This document shows, one piece after another, positions 25,835 through 40,500 of a stretch of DNA of 64,000 nt; the first letter of the stretch is position 1, and every line of letters begins with the position of its first letter. Location: positions 65,412,001 to 65,476,000 of the forward strand of contig NW_024704743.1 of the NCBI RefSeq assembly GCF_018977255.1. The letters run 5' to 3'. The DNA comes from Callorhinchus milii (taxonomy: Eukaryota). Below the pieces are notes generated by a model. The model saw only the letters and a list, made by a program, of their open reading frames with translations. It was not told the DNA's origin and made no database searches. The translations under genes were made by a program, and so were the position numbers.

Positions 25835-26209
25835 AATAATAACAATCCTTGCATTTGATATAGCGCCTTATCACGTCTTCGAGACGGCTCAAAGCGTTTC
25901 ACTGAATGTACGGTAAAGTGAATTGACTGTACATTCTGTGGGCGAAACGCGGCAGCTAATTGCGCACAGCAGTATCCCACAAACAGTTGTTGATTGAGTG
26001 ACCAATTTTTTAAAACTTTTTTTTGAAGAAATTATTACCCTCTGGAAAAACGATCCACCAATCAACTAACAACCAGGTTCCTACATACTGCGAGGTAAAT
26101 AGAGGCGTGTGAAGTAAGGAAACTTGCCCAACGTTTCACCCTACTGGGAATCGAACCCAGGACTCTCACTTGCGAGGCAAGTTCTCTAACCACTGAGCTA
26201 CAGGATCCC
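25835..26209 (-). mobile_element. tRNA-derived SINE (SINE2-1_CM-like), long variant
   Basis: Full reverse-complement copy. Partial 3' copies also at ~16635-16780 + and 24330-24500 +. Confidence 0.9.
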
Positions 26210-27141
26210 TATTAATGTGGTGTTTGTGAGCATGACTCTCAGCCCAGTGAAACTGAGAGAGCAAAATAAAATCTAATACCTATGAAGGGATTAAAAAACA
26301 GTGGTAGTTTCTCCTGCTGTTAAATGTTGACGGAAAGCAATACTATGTGAAATAGTGGACTGTAGGCAGTAGATATTTGGTATAATTAATTTTGTGCGTT
26401 ATACGATAATCTTTTCCATCAACCCCCTTCCACCTTGATAACTACATGCAGTGAATTTCTGCTTTAGGTGTGCTGCGTGGAAGTAGTATCAGGGAGAGGC
26501 TTTCACATAATAATAATAATATAATCATCCTTGCATTTGGTGTAGCACCTTTCACATGAGGAGGAAGTCCCAAAGCGCTTCAGAGGATATATTGTAAAAG
26601 GAGTAACTGTATGTTTTGTGAGTGAACGCTCATAAGAAAGCGAAGAACAATTTGATGGACAGTCTCAGCAATTGGCATCTTGAAGCAGTGTTGGGAGAGC
26701 TTAAGCACTGTGTGGCTTTCTTCATGCTGGCCTTTGACATACCAAAGAAAAATAAGTTATAAAAATTTGAAGCATGGAATCTGTTGACCACGTGAAAGGC
26801 GTTATGTAAATGCTATTTAGTCTTGATATTGTTGTTGTTGTTGTCAGAAAAGAATTCCATACAAGAATGTTTTTAAAGAAAGTGGAAGACTATTTGGTTG
26901 ATGCTGCAAACATGAGTGTATTTCAGGCTGTTATGGTGGTTGTTGTGACAGTCTATTGAGAGAGAGAGAGAGAGAGTGGGAGAAAACAGTATGCTTTTAA
27001 ACAAACACCTAGTCTATTTTGTCACCGCTTCCTCTCCCTTAGGGCACCTCAGAAAACAGTAAATATATGAGACGGAAATAAGCGCTTGAAAGATAAACTC
27101 ATTTTTGATTGATTGTTATGGCCTACTGAGTTAACAATTAC

Positions 27142-27248
27142 TGGTGCCCACACAAGCACTTGGTAATGAATGGTGCCCACACAGGCACTAGGGTTAATGG
27201 TGCCCACACAGGGACTTGGGTTAATGATGCCCACACAGGGACTTGGGT
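27142..27248. repeat. Minisatellite, 4 units of ~27 bp (tggtgcccacacagggacttgggttaa)
   Basis: Units start at 27142, 27171, 27198 and 27225. Confidence 0.9.
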
Positions 27249-30200
27249 GCAGGAGAGATCAGAAAGTTTAGTAGCAACACTGAATTTATGAAGCTTCCAG
27301 CCACAGAGCTGATCATCTTGTGAACAGTAATCACCAAACAAATCTGCCTCTTCTGTTTCTCATTGTTTGACTATAAAAGTTTGAGTGTAGCCAGACTGCA
27401 TTCTAAATCTGTCTTTATGTATGATACTTCCCTTACAAGTTCATGACGCCAGCCTGGAGTTTGTGTTATTGCAGTCTGGAAGCCACTCTGGTATTGTTTT
27501 GGTGTCATTCTGCCATTCGGTTGACTGATCTCACCCACTGTGTAAACATAGCAGGTTTCAGTTTATTCTGTTATAAACCACAACCATTTTTTATTTACAC
27601 TGGAACAGCTTTTGCTTCCAAGAGTACATTTTGTGCAACAATTTGTTTTGAAATGATTCAAGGCAGTGAGAGGTGTGTCTTTCATTAGAGTTTCTCTCTA
27701 TTCCACATTGTAAAAAAATTGTTTCTGTGGTCAGAGATGACATTGCTATTAGACGTTGGACTTTTCTTTTTCATATTGAACTGTGCTTGGTTTCTCTCTT
27801 GCACCAAGACGGTGCAGATGATCCTTTCAATAAAGAACTGTACTGAAATTGTACATCATTCAAACAGGAGAACTGTGTCTAGTTATTTACTGTTGTGTTC
27901 ATATTTTAGCATCCTCCTGACGAGAAAGTGCTATACAAATGTAATTTGTTGTTGTTTTAAACTGAGTCTAAAAAGTGGCAAAGGCTCTATGGCATTGATC
28001 TTGTATCTTTTCAAAAGATATTTACTGAATCTTTTTGTGAACACCAGTCAAGCACGGGATTCAAATACAGCCCCGTGCATAGAAGTTCTATGAATTATGC
28101 AGTTACTAGATTGCCTGCAGCTTTCATTCCATGGAAAATAAGTAACTTGAATATGTATTCAATGTTAGTTTTGTTTATTTTACCGGTATCACTCTACTTT
28201 GGAAGAGATGTTAAACTGAGGATCCCATGGCACTATTTGAAAAGAGAAGAGAGTTTCTCCTGGTGTCCTGGCCAACAATCCCCAGAAAAAAAATTGGTCA
28301 TTTCACTTCATGGTTGTTTGAGGGACACTGTTGTGCACAAATTGGCCGTTGAGTTCACCTACAAATACACAGTCACTACATTTTATAATAAATCCTGTGA
28401 AACATGGAAGGTTGCTATGTCAAATGCAAGCATTATTATTTATTATAACTCATGTACTGTGGGACAAACTGTGGGATTCCTAACAATCACAGGACAAACG
28501 TGCATTTAGTGATCTGTGACAACCCAGTGAATTGCAATTATTTAACAACTACATACTCCCGTCTTGACTTCATTGTCGTCACATGCTGTTTCATGAAAGT
28601 TCATTGACTGTCACACACACTTGAGGGTTTAAGTTTTGTATTGTAAAACAATTTAAATGTTTTTGGACAAAACAGTCCAAAAACACTGTATAGTTTTATA
28701 TTTGTACTGCCAGGTATAGCACAATAATAACGTTTTACGGTGTGTTTGACGTGGAATGAATATCTAAAAGCACTTTAACAATCATATTAGAGAACACTGA
28801 AGAGGAATTCTTAAGAATGTTGACAAAAGCATGGTCAAAAAGATATCATACAATCTTAGGTTGTTTCTATATATTCTCAACAGAATATGCTTAACATCCT
28901 TCACTCTTCTTTCTTCCTGCTCCCTATCATAATAGTTAAGTGCTTCAAGATGTTCATTTTAAATAGGAAACAAAAACTTGTTGTAAATATTGAGTTATAC
29001 CCTGACACTGCAAAGATTTATGTTGTAGAAGGATTTCTTTTGAAGACTGAGAGAGAGGAAGTGAGGCAAAAAAATGTTGGAATTTAGACTTGCTTACTTG
29101 CTTTGTGCTGTATTTATGATTGAGAGTACTATTTGGAATTGCCCATTGTGTTCTTGCGTTTATGTTTTGAAGTATGTTCTTGTAACTACTTATTTTTTAA
29201 AGAGAGGGTCTGTAGCAGTCCTTAAGATTAAGTGAAGCACACCAGAATAGCACAGCAGGAAGCAAACTGCAGTCTGCCCTCTCCTTTGGGATTTTATTTC
29301 TGTTCTAATGAAAGTGATCATTGTGACAAACGAGAAACCCGAGCTGTTGTGGCATATGGTACAGTTACCGGTCTTCAAAAGCTTTTTTTGATTTCCTTGC
29401 CTTTTGACTTGAAATGCTTCACTGTTTCTGTTGGTCGATGTAAAGCAATCCTTTGGGTTTTCTAAGTGTTTATCTTTATGCATTCATTATTTAAAAAAAA
29501 TACGATTAATACATACCAAGTAAGTAGGTACAAGTATGTCAGTGAAAAAATTGGTATCTTCATAGATGGTAATGGTCTCAACACTGCATAGTTAAAAATT
29601 AGCCTTTATGTGGACATGTTTCCAGATAAACCGAGTTTCTGATGACTGAAATACCTCATGTTTCTTAGCAATCATGGTAAAATTTAAGACCATCAAAACT
29701 TAAAATGTTTAAGAACGTTGTCTTAAAATTTAAGATTGTGCATGGTTTGAAAAAATTTTCAATTGAGTCTTAAATTAAATTCAGGTTAAGGCCGAGACTG
29801 TGAGCAGTGTTGGGCCTCAGGTTGTCTGAAATGGAACACCCTTCACTCACCTGTGGCTGGGGTGTTTAAGGTAATACTATTCCCTCCTCTTTGATTCCGA
29901 GCTGGCTCAGCACACCTAAGTTTCCATTTTTCTTTTTTAAAACTGAAAATGCAAACTTGTGTTTGAAGTTCAAATTCTAATTTGAAGTTCATTTCCTTTT
30001 TACCTCTTCCTTTGCAGTCATATGAGTAAAGTTTATTATTTCATGTGGAAGAACGACCCAGACGGGATTGTGACTGAGTCCTGGAGAAAGGGGCACTGCA
30101 ATGTTTTTAAACTGGAGTGGGCAGCCTATTTAGTTGAGGCACCATTTATAGCTAGGGTGGAGCTGTCCTTTCCACTGTAGTAAAACCTTGATGACTTGTG

Positions 30201-33056
30201 TTTGGTGTTATTGATTGCTTTGGTTATTGGCTCCAGACTGGCAGCAAATGCTTTGAACTGCATTTTCCAGGATGATTCCCCACGGTGCTGCACTTCAGGC
30301 TGCGAGGAATGCAGGTGGTATGATTGCCCAATTAGGAAATGAAAGGACTTTTTAATAATGGTGTAAATGATGTCCTCATTCACTGACCACTTTTGCTTTG
30401 TTTAAAGAGCGGCTGCTGATCTGTTTAGTGCCTGTACTTCAGCGTTACTTTGCCTCGTTCTGAAACGTGCAGTCTGACTGTTGCAAGACGTTTTCATGAC
30501 TGCACTGAACAGGCTTGTGTATTATTACAGCTCAAATTTCTCCATCGTTGGATGAAATACAGACTGATTAAATACATTAAATCTTGCAATTTACCCTGAA
30601 GGCGTTGCCCATAATTGCTGTACTGTAATTACAAAAGTACAAAGAATGTGCTTGGGGAGGGGAGGGAGGAAAAAGAGTAGGTTTGTGTGCTATATAAACT
30701 TGTCTTTATAAAACTGTCTTATTGCAATAGCATTTGGATGATGTTAAGTAGAACATTACTCTTCTGAATTTCAGAATAGAAATATTCTTTGCTTGTCCAG
30801 AATAAGTCAGACAAATTTACTTCTGTCTAATATCTTCACTTCTCTGTGTTTGTTGCTTCTCCTTGTGCTATTCCCTAGCGATAGCTGCCGAGCCTAAATA
30901 GTAGACAGAGCCTGATCAGAGTGCATAAAAGCAGTCTCCCTGCCTACTCTACCCTCAACTTGGCTTCGCCTCTTAACAGTCGCCCAAGATCAGGAACATG
31001 CTGTGTGAAGGGGCTGGGGGCAGAGGGAGAAGGGATGTGGGGGAATTAAATCACTCTTTCCTGCACTCTGTGGTGCATAGACTGTTTGATCAAATCAGTT
31101 GTGGATTAATTTACTAGTTTGTGCAAGGTAGAACATGATTGCTAGTTTGTGCAAGATATTCCTGTTTTGCAGTTTTTTCCTTATATTTTCTCGAAAAATT
31201 ATTTGCACGAATTTAAATCTAATCCCTTTTTGAAATAAAAAAAACCTTGCATGTTTTATAGTTGATTCTTTTCCCCAACTCCCTTGCCCTGCAATACAAA
31301 CAGTACAATGTGATCCTGGACTGTCCATCACTTTCTGAGTGAAATGATCATTTGGAGATTACATTTGGGTTCAGATTCTAATAGTGGATGACTATGCTTT
31401 AATCAGGCTTGAATCGGTGTGATTCCATCTTTGACAAAACTGTAAAAATAGCTGCTGGTCCTGTCTGCTTAAACACATTTTTTCTGTATTTGGTCCTAGG
31501 CACAAGGTTTAAACTGTGAGCGTGTGTGTATGCATGGGGAGAAACCTACCTTTTGTAAGGTGACAAAATGTGGGAACTTTTATTTCAAAAAGTAGTTTGC
31601 TGGTTGCTCCTTCAAAACCTAAAGCCAATGAAAGCAAGATCTCTGCTTTTGGTTAATTGACGCTTTGTAGCTCCTGCCTTGGGTTGCTTTTTCTGGCATT
31701 TTCCTGCAAGAACGTAACTAGCCTTTGTGATTTTAGTTGCTTGTAATGATTGTTGTTCTTTTCCTGATTAGCATCTGGACCTGGCTCAGGCGTCATAAAA
31801 GAAAGGGGCCATACAGTTCTTCATTCAGATTCAAGCTTAAAATCAGCTTCCTACAGAGTTAAAGGCTTACCTTATTTCCCCTTCTCTCCCCCAAACACCA
31901 AATCTAAGAATAGAAAGAAAAGGGACAAATCATTGATGGAGACTTCACATGTAAATGATGGCTGCCTATTACATAGCATGTCATGACCTCCAGCCCTTTT
32001 ACCCTGAAGAAATACCAGACTCTTCAATGATGAAATGAAAGTAATGTATGGAGGAAATACTTGAAAGTGCTCCGCTCCTCTTGCTTTTTCAGATGTCTTC
32101 TTTGGCAGCAATTACTTTCCCACATTTAGCTTGGTAAACATAAGCTCCACATCCTGTTTTGAAGAGAAAATGCCCAAACCACGGTAATTAATGTGGAGTT
32201 TATTGAGCAAGTCTTGCATCATTTTTCTTTTGCTAACCTCCAGCAATGAGTGCTTTTTAAGTGTGTTACTGGTAAACATTAGAACATGTTAAAATTTCCC
32301 CTTTTGTTAGTCTTTAAGTACTTTTGCTTCTGATCTGTCACAGTGCTCTTAGGATTCAAAGCGATTTCTCTCAGTGTTGATTGGGATTTTTGGGCAACAC
32401 AAAAATATTACTAGGAAAGATTTCAAGTACTTTTTTTTAAATAGAAAGAGCTGTTTGCCAAACTTTAAATGTATTTGCCTTGACAGAGGCAAGGTGCTAG
32501 TGTTTTCAAAGCCTTTTCAGTTTTCAGAAGGGAATTTCTCCCAGTGTCCCAGCCAACAATTCCCTGAATAAAATTGATCATTAGTTTATTAGTTGTTCAT
32601 AGGATCCTGCTGTGTGCAATTGGGCTGCTGTGCTTAAAATATACACAGTCACTACACTTTTTTGTAAATCCTATGAAGTGCTTTGAGATGACCCCTGATG
32701 TAAAAGGCACTATACTAATGCAAGGATTATTATTGTATTATTTATTGCTTAACTAATTTAAAGCAATAAAATTTGTTTTGTTTTGTAGGTGAAATGTGTT
32801 CCCACTCTTATTTAAGATATGAATAGTCTTTCTGTTGCTTTGTATCCATACTGGAACAATGTCAAATACCTTTCTCTATTAAATTTGATAGGTCATCGGT
32901 TTGCTCACATTTATCCACTTTCTCCAGATCCTTCTGAGTTTGTGATCGTAGATTTGCATCATCTGCAAATTTAAAGATTTTGTCTCCAAATCAATTATTA
33001 TATTTAAGGCCATCTATCCCATGGACCTGAATCGTTCTAGAATATAGGCTTTCTAG

Positions 33057-33310
33057 ATTTCAGGTAATTTTGTTTTTGGTCAGCCGGGTGTCTGACACGT
33101 GCGGAAACCTATCACTGTGCTTAAGAGTATCCAAACCAATCTGAGGTTTCCATGCATCCCACCTACACATGGAAATCTCAGAGATAGATTGTTGGAATGG
33201 AATGCGCACTCTCTCCCTGGAGGGACACATCTGCTTACCCAATTCTGGAAAGTATTAGGCGCAGTTTAGCAAGAGCCAAGGCTTGGGGACCTCACCCTTA
33301 TTTGGGTGTC
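33057..33310. repeat. Unclassified interspersed repeat; inverted copy at 47856-48119
   Basis: ttggtcagccgggtgtctgacac...agagtatccaaaccaa...ccctggaggga is reverse-complementary to the 47.9-48.1 kb segment. Confidence 0.8.
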
Positions 33311-34959
33311 CAAGTAAATAACATCCACCATCTCGCCTACCAGCTCTGTGATTCCGCAAAGAAATTCAATATATTTAACGAATAAATGAGCTGGGACACT
33401 AGTATTGTCGAACAACGTAGGCATTTACAGTAAAGTTGATATTCTAGAATTTCATAATGTGTTAGTGAGATTGCAAAAGAGCTCAAATATTAATCACCTT
33501 GCACCAGAGTTTTTGTGAGCTGGCATAAGACGAGGTTCTCCATATAAGTTTAATTTTACGTCCTCAGATGCTTTTCCTGAACCTACCATTTAGATTTTTC
33601 CATTGAAGTGCTTTTTCTATCCCAGTAGATGCTTTTTTTTAATGCTTTTATAAAACAACGACTGTTGGCACAGGCATGATGGGTTGAATGACTTCCTTCT
33701 GTGCTTTAATATTCTATGATCCCATTGTCTGTTTGATTTCTTGATCTCAGCCTAGTTGTCTACAACAACAGGTTATAAAAGGGGAGAAGAAACCATGGCA
33801 TTGGACTTATTCAAGACACAGCTTGATGCTGTAGTAAGAGAACATTAAGATTGGCATTCTGGAAAGATGAGATCAGATGGCTTTCATTGAACCTCTCTTA
33901 TTTACCTGAACACTGTTCCCATATCTGCTTTTGCTCTGACACAAGCAGCTCAGTTGTCTATCATTAAAGTTAAAACAAACTGAAAATAATATATTTTATA
34001 CTGAAGGAGAGAGACAAATATTAGAGAATTTATTGCCAACCGATATATAACCAAATTTGAGCCCAACTAATTCCAAACATAATGTTTCACTTGTTATGAA
34101 ATAGCAGTAATACAGAACTAAGAAGTTAGGAATGTCAGTGTATTTATATTCAATCTACAATGTCTCTCCTAGATTATATTGTTTCCATTATATCCACCAC
34201 TGGACAGGAATCTTTAAGTCAATATATCCTGTATAAATATCCTTAATGAATCCATGAAACTCTTATAAAAAACTTTTCTCACCAGCTCTGCAATACTTTA
34301 AAATCCATCTCATCTTGCTTTCTTTATTTTCTCTCCTTAAACATATCTGGTTGTTTTCATTTTAATTTCCTTCCTTCCCACATCCCTCCCTCAATACTGT
34401 CTACACTTTCCTGTGTTTTTATACCTGAACAAAAGTCATCACTTTGACTGGTATATGAAATTAAAAGGACTCCTTTATATTAAATATATTACTGTTTCCC
34501 ACAAGTTCATTTTGTTTCATTCCCAGAATAGAAAAATGTGGGTGTGCTCATATTACTGTACTTTAATTAGTCCACTTTGATTTTGTATGTACAATTACCT
34601 TTAAAATAACTGATTTTGTGCTCCACTTACATTGGCAAGTGAAATTATGGAGGCCGCGTGGATATTGAAAAGCTGATATCGTCAGAAATCTGGAAATGCA
34701 CACTTTATAACAACTACTACTTGCATTTATATAGTGCCCTCCATGCCGGTCTGCATCTCAGAGCATTTAACAATGGTGGAGCCCAAGGCCGAGCCAGGGG
34801 GAGGGAGAAGGTAACCATGGTCGAAAAGGAAGGCCTACAATAATCCTCACATTACATACAGCATCTTTCGCACCTGGAGGACATATCAAAGCGCTACACA
34901 GAATTTTATTGTGAAATGTAATGACTATGCAGTTGGTAACACTATAATCTCTGATTGCA

Positions 34960-35283
34960 CGTGGAGTTCTGTGGTTGGAGCATTCGCCTCGCAATCGAGA
35001 GACCTGTCCACACGCCTCTGTTTACCAAGCAGTAAATAGGAACCTGGTTGTTAGTTAATTTGCAGATTGTTTTCAAGGGGGCTAATAATCCCTTCAAAGT
35101 AAGTAATAATAATATGGACGCTCAATCCACGACTGTTTGTGGGATCCTGCTGTGTGGAATTGGCTGCCGTATTTCACCCACAAAATATACAGTCACTACA
35201 CTTTACAGTACATACTCTGTGAAATGCTTTGAGACATCTCGAAGACATGATAAGGCGCTATGTCAAATGGAAGGATTATTATT
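34960..35283 (+). mobile_element. tRNA-derived SINE (SINE2-1_CM-like) with a deletion over the B box, followed by a Deu-SINE (~35290-35670)
   Basis: Shared body and tail sequence. Confidence 0.85.
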
Positions 35284-35779
35284 CAGAACAGTAAGGGTTC
35301 ACACCCCACTTCGGGACTTTGTGTTCATAGTGAAGGCTGGCAGCCCAGTGCAGTGCTGGGGGAATGCTGCATTGTCAAAGGTGCTTTGAATGAGATGCTT
35401 GAACCCATCTGCCTATTCAGATGGATCTTAAAGAATCCATGGTACTATTTGAAAAGAGAAGGAGGGTTCTCCCAGTGGGATGGCCAACAATTCCCTAAAT
35501 AAAATTAGGCGTTCACTTCAAGGCTGTTCATGGAACTTTGCTGTGTGCAAAATTCACTGCCACATTTGCCTACAACTATACAGTCACTATGCTACTACCA
35601 TGTCATTGAGACATCTCAAAATAGAAGTGTTTTGAGATGTCTCGATACAAATGCAAAGATTATTTATTTTTATTGGATTTAAGATCAGGACCCATAAATT
35701 TAATGGCAGTGTCTTGCACTTACCAAACATGGGATTGTGGGATTAACTCCATCACGAAATGTACTTTTATAGTTCAACT

Positions 35780-36285
35780 TACTGGCCTTCCCAACTCTTT
35801 ATGTAGAACCGCACCAAGCTCTGTGACCCCATCACACCCACTCTCGCCCGGTTCCACTGGATCCCCTTCCCTCAGGATCAAGTTCTCGTCCTCACTTTCA
35901 AAGCTCTTCATGGGCTTGCCCTCTCTGACCTGCTAACCCCTTATCAACCGGTCTGCTCCCTCCGCTCAGCAGGCTCCGGCCTGCTCCAGAGAGGCTGAAG
36001 TCCCGCCTGGCCCTCCCCACCATCGGTGGTCAGGCCTTCAGCCTCTCTGCCCCCACCCTCTGGAACTCCATCCCACAATCGCTTCACCTCCCTCACTTCC
36101 TTACCTCCTTCAGGGCACTCCTCAAGACCCTCCTCTTCGACCATGTCTTCAGCCGCCCTCTCTGCCCTCCACCCTCCCCCCACCACCGCTTGGGTCCTAA
36201 TTCCTGACTGCTCGGCATCTTGGAATGTCCTCCCAAGAAAAGTGCTTTACAATTGTAATTTTGTATTGCATTGTATTTGTATTGA
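35780..36285 (+). mobile_element. L2 LINE 3' fragment
   Basis: ccactggatcccc, catcggtggtcaggccttcagcctctctgcccc, ctctggaactccatccc and a tail. Confidence 0.85.
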
Positions 36286-36889
36286 TAACTAAAAGTTTCT
36301 TTGAATTGTATTTTATTTTGGGACCATGCAGAAAGACCATAGTATCTTTTCCAGTACTAGACATTCATACATTTTTAAGACTGCAAATGGGTTCCGTATT
36401 TTGTGTGTATCTGACAGTTTTTTTGTGTCTGACTAGATTGCATATTTATGTTCCTAATTTTTTTTGTTATTTAGTTTCAGAAATCGCTTCACTTGGAATT
36501 TGAAATCGTGATTGTAGCTTTAAAAATATAAGTCTATTTTTGTCTGATTTCAGAAGCAGTATTTATTATGCAAGCAAATAATAAATCAGTGGTGCAATAT
36601 AAACGTTCAGAATGTCTCAACTTTCAATTCCTTAATGCGGTTCAGTTAAAGTCTGTCCAGAAATTCTTTGGCACTGTGGGAAAACATGGGTACTGCTGAG
36701 CTTTTGCAGATGTGGGAACAGAAGCAGCAGTGTATGAAATCAGAATGACCGGCTGTTAGTAAAGGGGAAAATTATTCTGTGTGTTGTCTGCCCAACTACA
36801 TAAGCAATATACTATTTGTTGCTTTGCATTCTGTAAGGATTAGTTAAATAACAGCTGATACCTTGTCAAGGGTTGTTTTATATTATATT

Positions 36890-37525
36890 CATATGTATAA
36901 CACCATTCACTTGGGGAGGACTTCTCAGGGTGCTTAATATTGCTGGAAGGACATTCAAGCTGGGAATGGAAACTAAGTGAGGGAGTGGGGGGGGCAAGGT
37001 AGGACTGCAAATGGCTTCCATATTCTGTGTGTATCTGACAATAGCGGGACTTCAGCCTCTTTGGAGAAGGCCAGAGCCTGCTGAGCGGAGGGAATGGGCA
37101 GGTTGATAAGGGCTGAAAGCGCGGTCAATGAGGATGTTTTGAGATGCCTTGAACAATGGGATAGTGGAAAACGAGTAGAGGGACTCTGGGATGGAGTTGC
37201 AGAGAGCAGGGTCAGAATGGCTGAAATGATGGTGGGGTCGGCTATTAGGGTGGGGAACATGAAGCAGGCTAGTGATTGCTGAGTTAAGGTAGCGTTCTGA
37301 GGTCTGTAGGGTTGAAAGAAGTTACAGAGATGCGGTGGGGCAAGACTGTGGAGGGATTTGAGGATCCTGAACTCGATTTGATGAGGGATGGGGAGCCAAT
37401 GGAGTCGTGCGAGGATGGGGTTGATAGACTCATGGAGTTTGGCGTTGTAGAGGACACGGGCTGCAGAGTTCTTGATAGTCTGCCACTTGTGTAGGGATGC
37501 GTTGGGGAGCAAAGTTTGTCAAGCA
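36890..37525 (-). mobile_element. L2 LINE 3' fragment
   Basis: Minus [41 protein letters not shown]. Confidence 0.88.
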
Positions 37526-40500
37526 AAACGTTGGCCTATGCCAACACATGATACAAGTAATCCTTTACATCTTGTATAATCAACATCTCATAGGATATCA
37601 GAAAGGGTGTTAGGGTCACTGGACTGGTTTGAGAACCCTCTTGATGCTGCAATGGGTATTCTGAAAGGATGAGATCAAATGGGCAGAAGGGTCTTCTTCA
37701 TTCATGCCTGACCCTATTTCTGGTTCTGAACTCCCAACTATTTGTCTCATAAGTATGTCTCTCAATCTTTTTTCATGTATTTGTTTATATTTTTAAATAT
37801 CTATTTATATTTTGTTTCAATGACCTCCCCAAGCCCATTTATTTCCCTTTGTGTACAATAGTTTTCCACAATGTCCCTTCTTACTTTCTAATTTTAAATT
37901 GTGCCCCCCAATTAGTTTGCTCTGTATCATTATCACTTTATGGCCCATTTATACTGAACTGTACAATTAGTGATGTTTTTCAGTTTGTTCAAATGAATGC
38001 AGTTTTGTTGTTCTACAGTTCAAATGTTGAGCTTTATTAATGGGGGGAAACTGATTTAGATATTGTTTAATACATAATTACTTTGAAAGCTGCAAAGCTT
38101 ATTTTTAAAATATATTGATTTGATATATATCTTTTTTGATATCTGACCAGTATCCTAAAAGAGCATGTGATTCTGTGTTAGTCAACAATTCACCTCCACA
38201 CATGTTGCAGGAAAACTGCAGATTTATTTAATGAAGACAATGGCATTCACTGATTGACTGATCAGTACTTTGTCACATGAACTGTTGGAGCAGTTTCTCA
38301 TTGCAGACAAATACTGACACCACGCAGAGCAGCCCCACATTGCATGGAGACATGCTTTTCCTTTCTGCTGTTTAATTGCAATCCCTTGAGTTTAAACACA
38401 GTGACTGAAAAATGCAAGCATTTAGATGTCAGTCTGTGTATTACAGATTCATATTTCAATAATACGATGAAATACTGTTCAAATTTTGGCATGGTATGAA
38501 ATAAGGAATCTTACCTATTTTCTAATAAATCTTCTAGGTCTAAATTTGCTAATCTAGTACCAAGAATCTCCAAAATGTAATATTTACTGTTAAATCCTAT
38601 AACTGAGGAATGCAAGATTGTTTCAGCAACACGTTTGCAGAGATTTTCTGTACTTTGTTTCACAGATACACAAGACTCTCTCAGTAGTTTAATTCTGAAT
38701 ATGTAAATGATCATTTTCAACGATATAAATATGTGTTGTATCTTATTAACTTGCTATACCATGTGATTTATTTTTATTTACATAAAATTACATAGAATCT
38801 ACAGCACAGAAATAGGTTGTCTTGGACCAACTAGTCCTTGTTAATGGTTATAATCCACAGGAGCCCCCCATATCTTTCTATTTCCTTCTTCCTCATGTAT
38901 GCAGTAACAGACCAACTGTCTGTTTTAACATTAAAACACAAACATACAATATGGGCAGCAATACTTCAAGATTTTTTTTATCTGGGTTAAGTTTAACTTG
39001 AATTTCCAAGTTCAATGCAATGTAACTTAAGGTCTGCTTTGAATCATTTAAATGCTTGAGACTGATTTGAAAGAGATCCCTAGCGATGAATTGGACAAGC
39101 TTCACTTTAATTTGATGAATGTGTTGGAGCTAAAGATCCCAGCATCACACAGAGAAGGAAAGTGTTCTGACAGGAGAAAAAAAACATGACCAGCATTTGA
39201 TTAGTGATCACAGTTGAAAAAGACTTTCTGAAAGTTAGTGAAATACTAACACTGGATTCTCGACACGCTATCTACCCTGAGCTCTGAATCTCAGTCCTTG
39301 ATATAGTTCAGTGTATTCTGCCTGAAGCATTTTTAACGACCAGCACGGCTGCTGCTTGTCTGGTCTCCTGCTGCTTGCTGCCATGTGTTCAATCAGTATT
39401 AAGGTTAAATGGACCAGTTACATAATTCAGCAGTCTGAACCCAGTGAAGCTTCAAAATAAACCCTGTTGCTACAGAGCACGTGCGAAGAATATGTAAGTG
39501 CTGAACTGTATTTCATACAGACAGGTTAAACTAACCACCCCTTTGGATTCTAGCTGTTTCTTATGGTTCATATATTTGCAGGGAATTGATAGAAAACAGT
39601 AACGCTCACATACAGTAGATAGTATTTCCTTCAGGGAAAGAACATTAATAAGGTAGGATGGACAACTACAACTAATAGTTGAAATCTGAGTTCGGTGTAA
39701 TCTTTTTCTGAGTATATTTTATTTTATCAGTTAAATTGATGTATTGAATCCATCCTGTGTTACTGAAATGTTATCTGCTATTTTAATGCTTTATTGTCGG
39801 TTTTAAATGTGAGCTTGGTAAGAAATAAGGAAGGCTGCCTTTTTAGATAAACCTTTCCGGCCGGATTTTACCAATCTAATACCAATAATCTGCCAAGTAA
39901 TAGAAAGAAAGAGTGTTTTATTTTTTAAATGACCGTTGCAGAATTATTGTTGCTGTTGTATATGTCCAATGGACTGAGAACCATAACTCTATGGCCTGTG
40001 CTCTGCTGAGACTTTGGAGCTGTGAAAGGTATGGTGTTGAAGGAGCGGTAAGCGAGAGGGTGTTTTTTTATATCTATATATGAAAGATGTACCATTTGGA
40101 GGGCCAGAAGTACGTTTAAAGTATTTAAAAAAATCTAAATGTTTGCAACTTGGCAACTTTTGGAGTTGGGAATTAAAACGTTTTGATGAGGAGTATTGAA
40201 ACATGGGGACATTTGGAGAAAAGCTTTCAGGATTGCTGCAGCCAGCTGTAATATTGTGTTGGCTCCTGGAAGGTAGCAGTGGAGTTGGGAGAGCACATTG
40301 GGGTGCAGGAGGTATCTGAATATATGGTTCCCTGGTGGCTGGGTAACATTGCTGTATTGGGCCTTCAGGGATTTTCTATATTTAACTAGAAAACATTCTA
40401 CTAACGAGTGTGATTGATGTAAAATAGGCCTGTGAGTTAAGTGACCCACACTGGGACAGAGTGGCAGTAATGAGGAATGGCAATCTGTCAGGCAGGGATC

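Noticed and set aside
27142..27248. Short repeats resembling a CRISPR array
   Set aside because: The units are contiguous with no unique spacers, there are no cas genes, and the context is vertebrate; it is a minisatellite.
31872..32111. Minus-strand 79-aa ORF followed by a GTAAG donor
   Set aside because: Non-ATG start, a stop before the donor, and no recognisable protein.
39383..39499. Kozak ATG upstream of a GTAAGT donor (also the donor at ~41255)
   Set aside because: In-frame stops precede the donors; no supportable coding exon.
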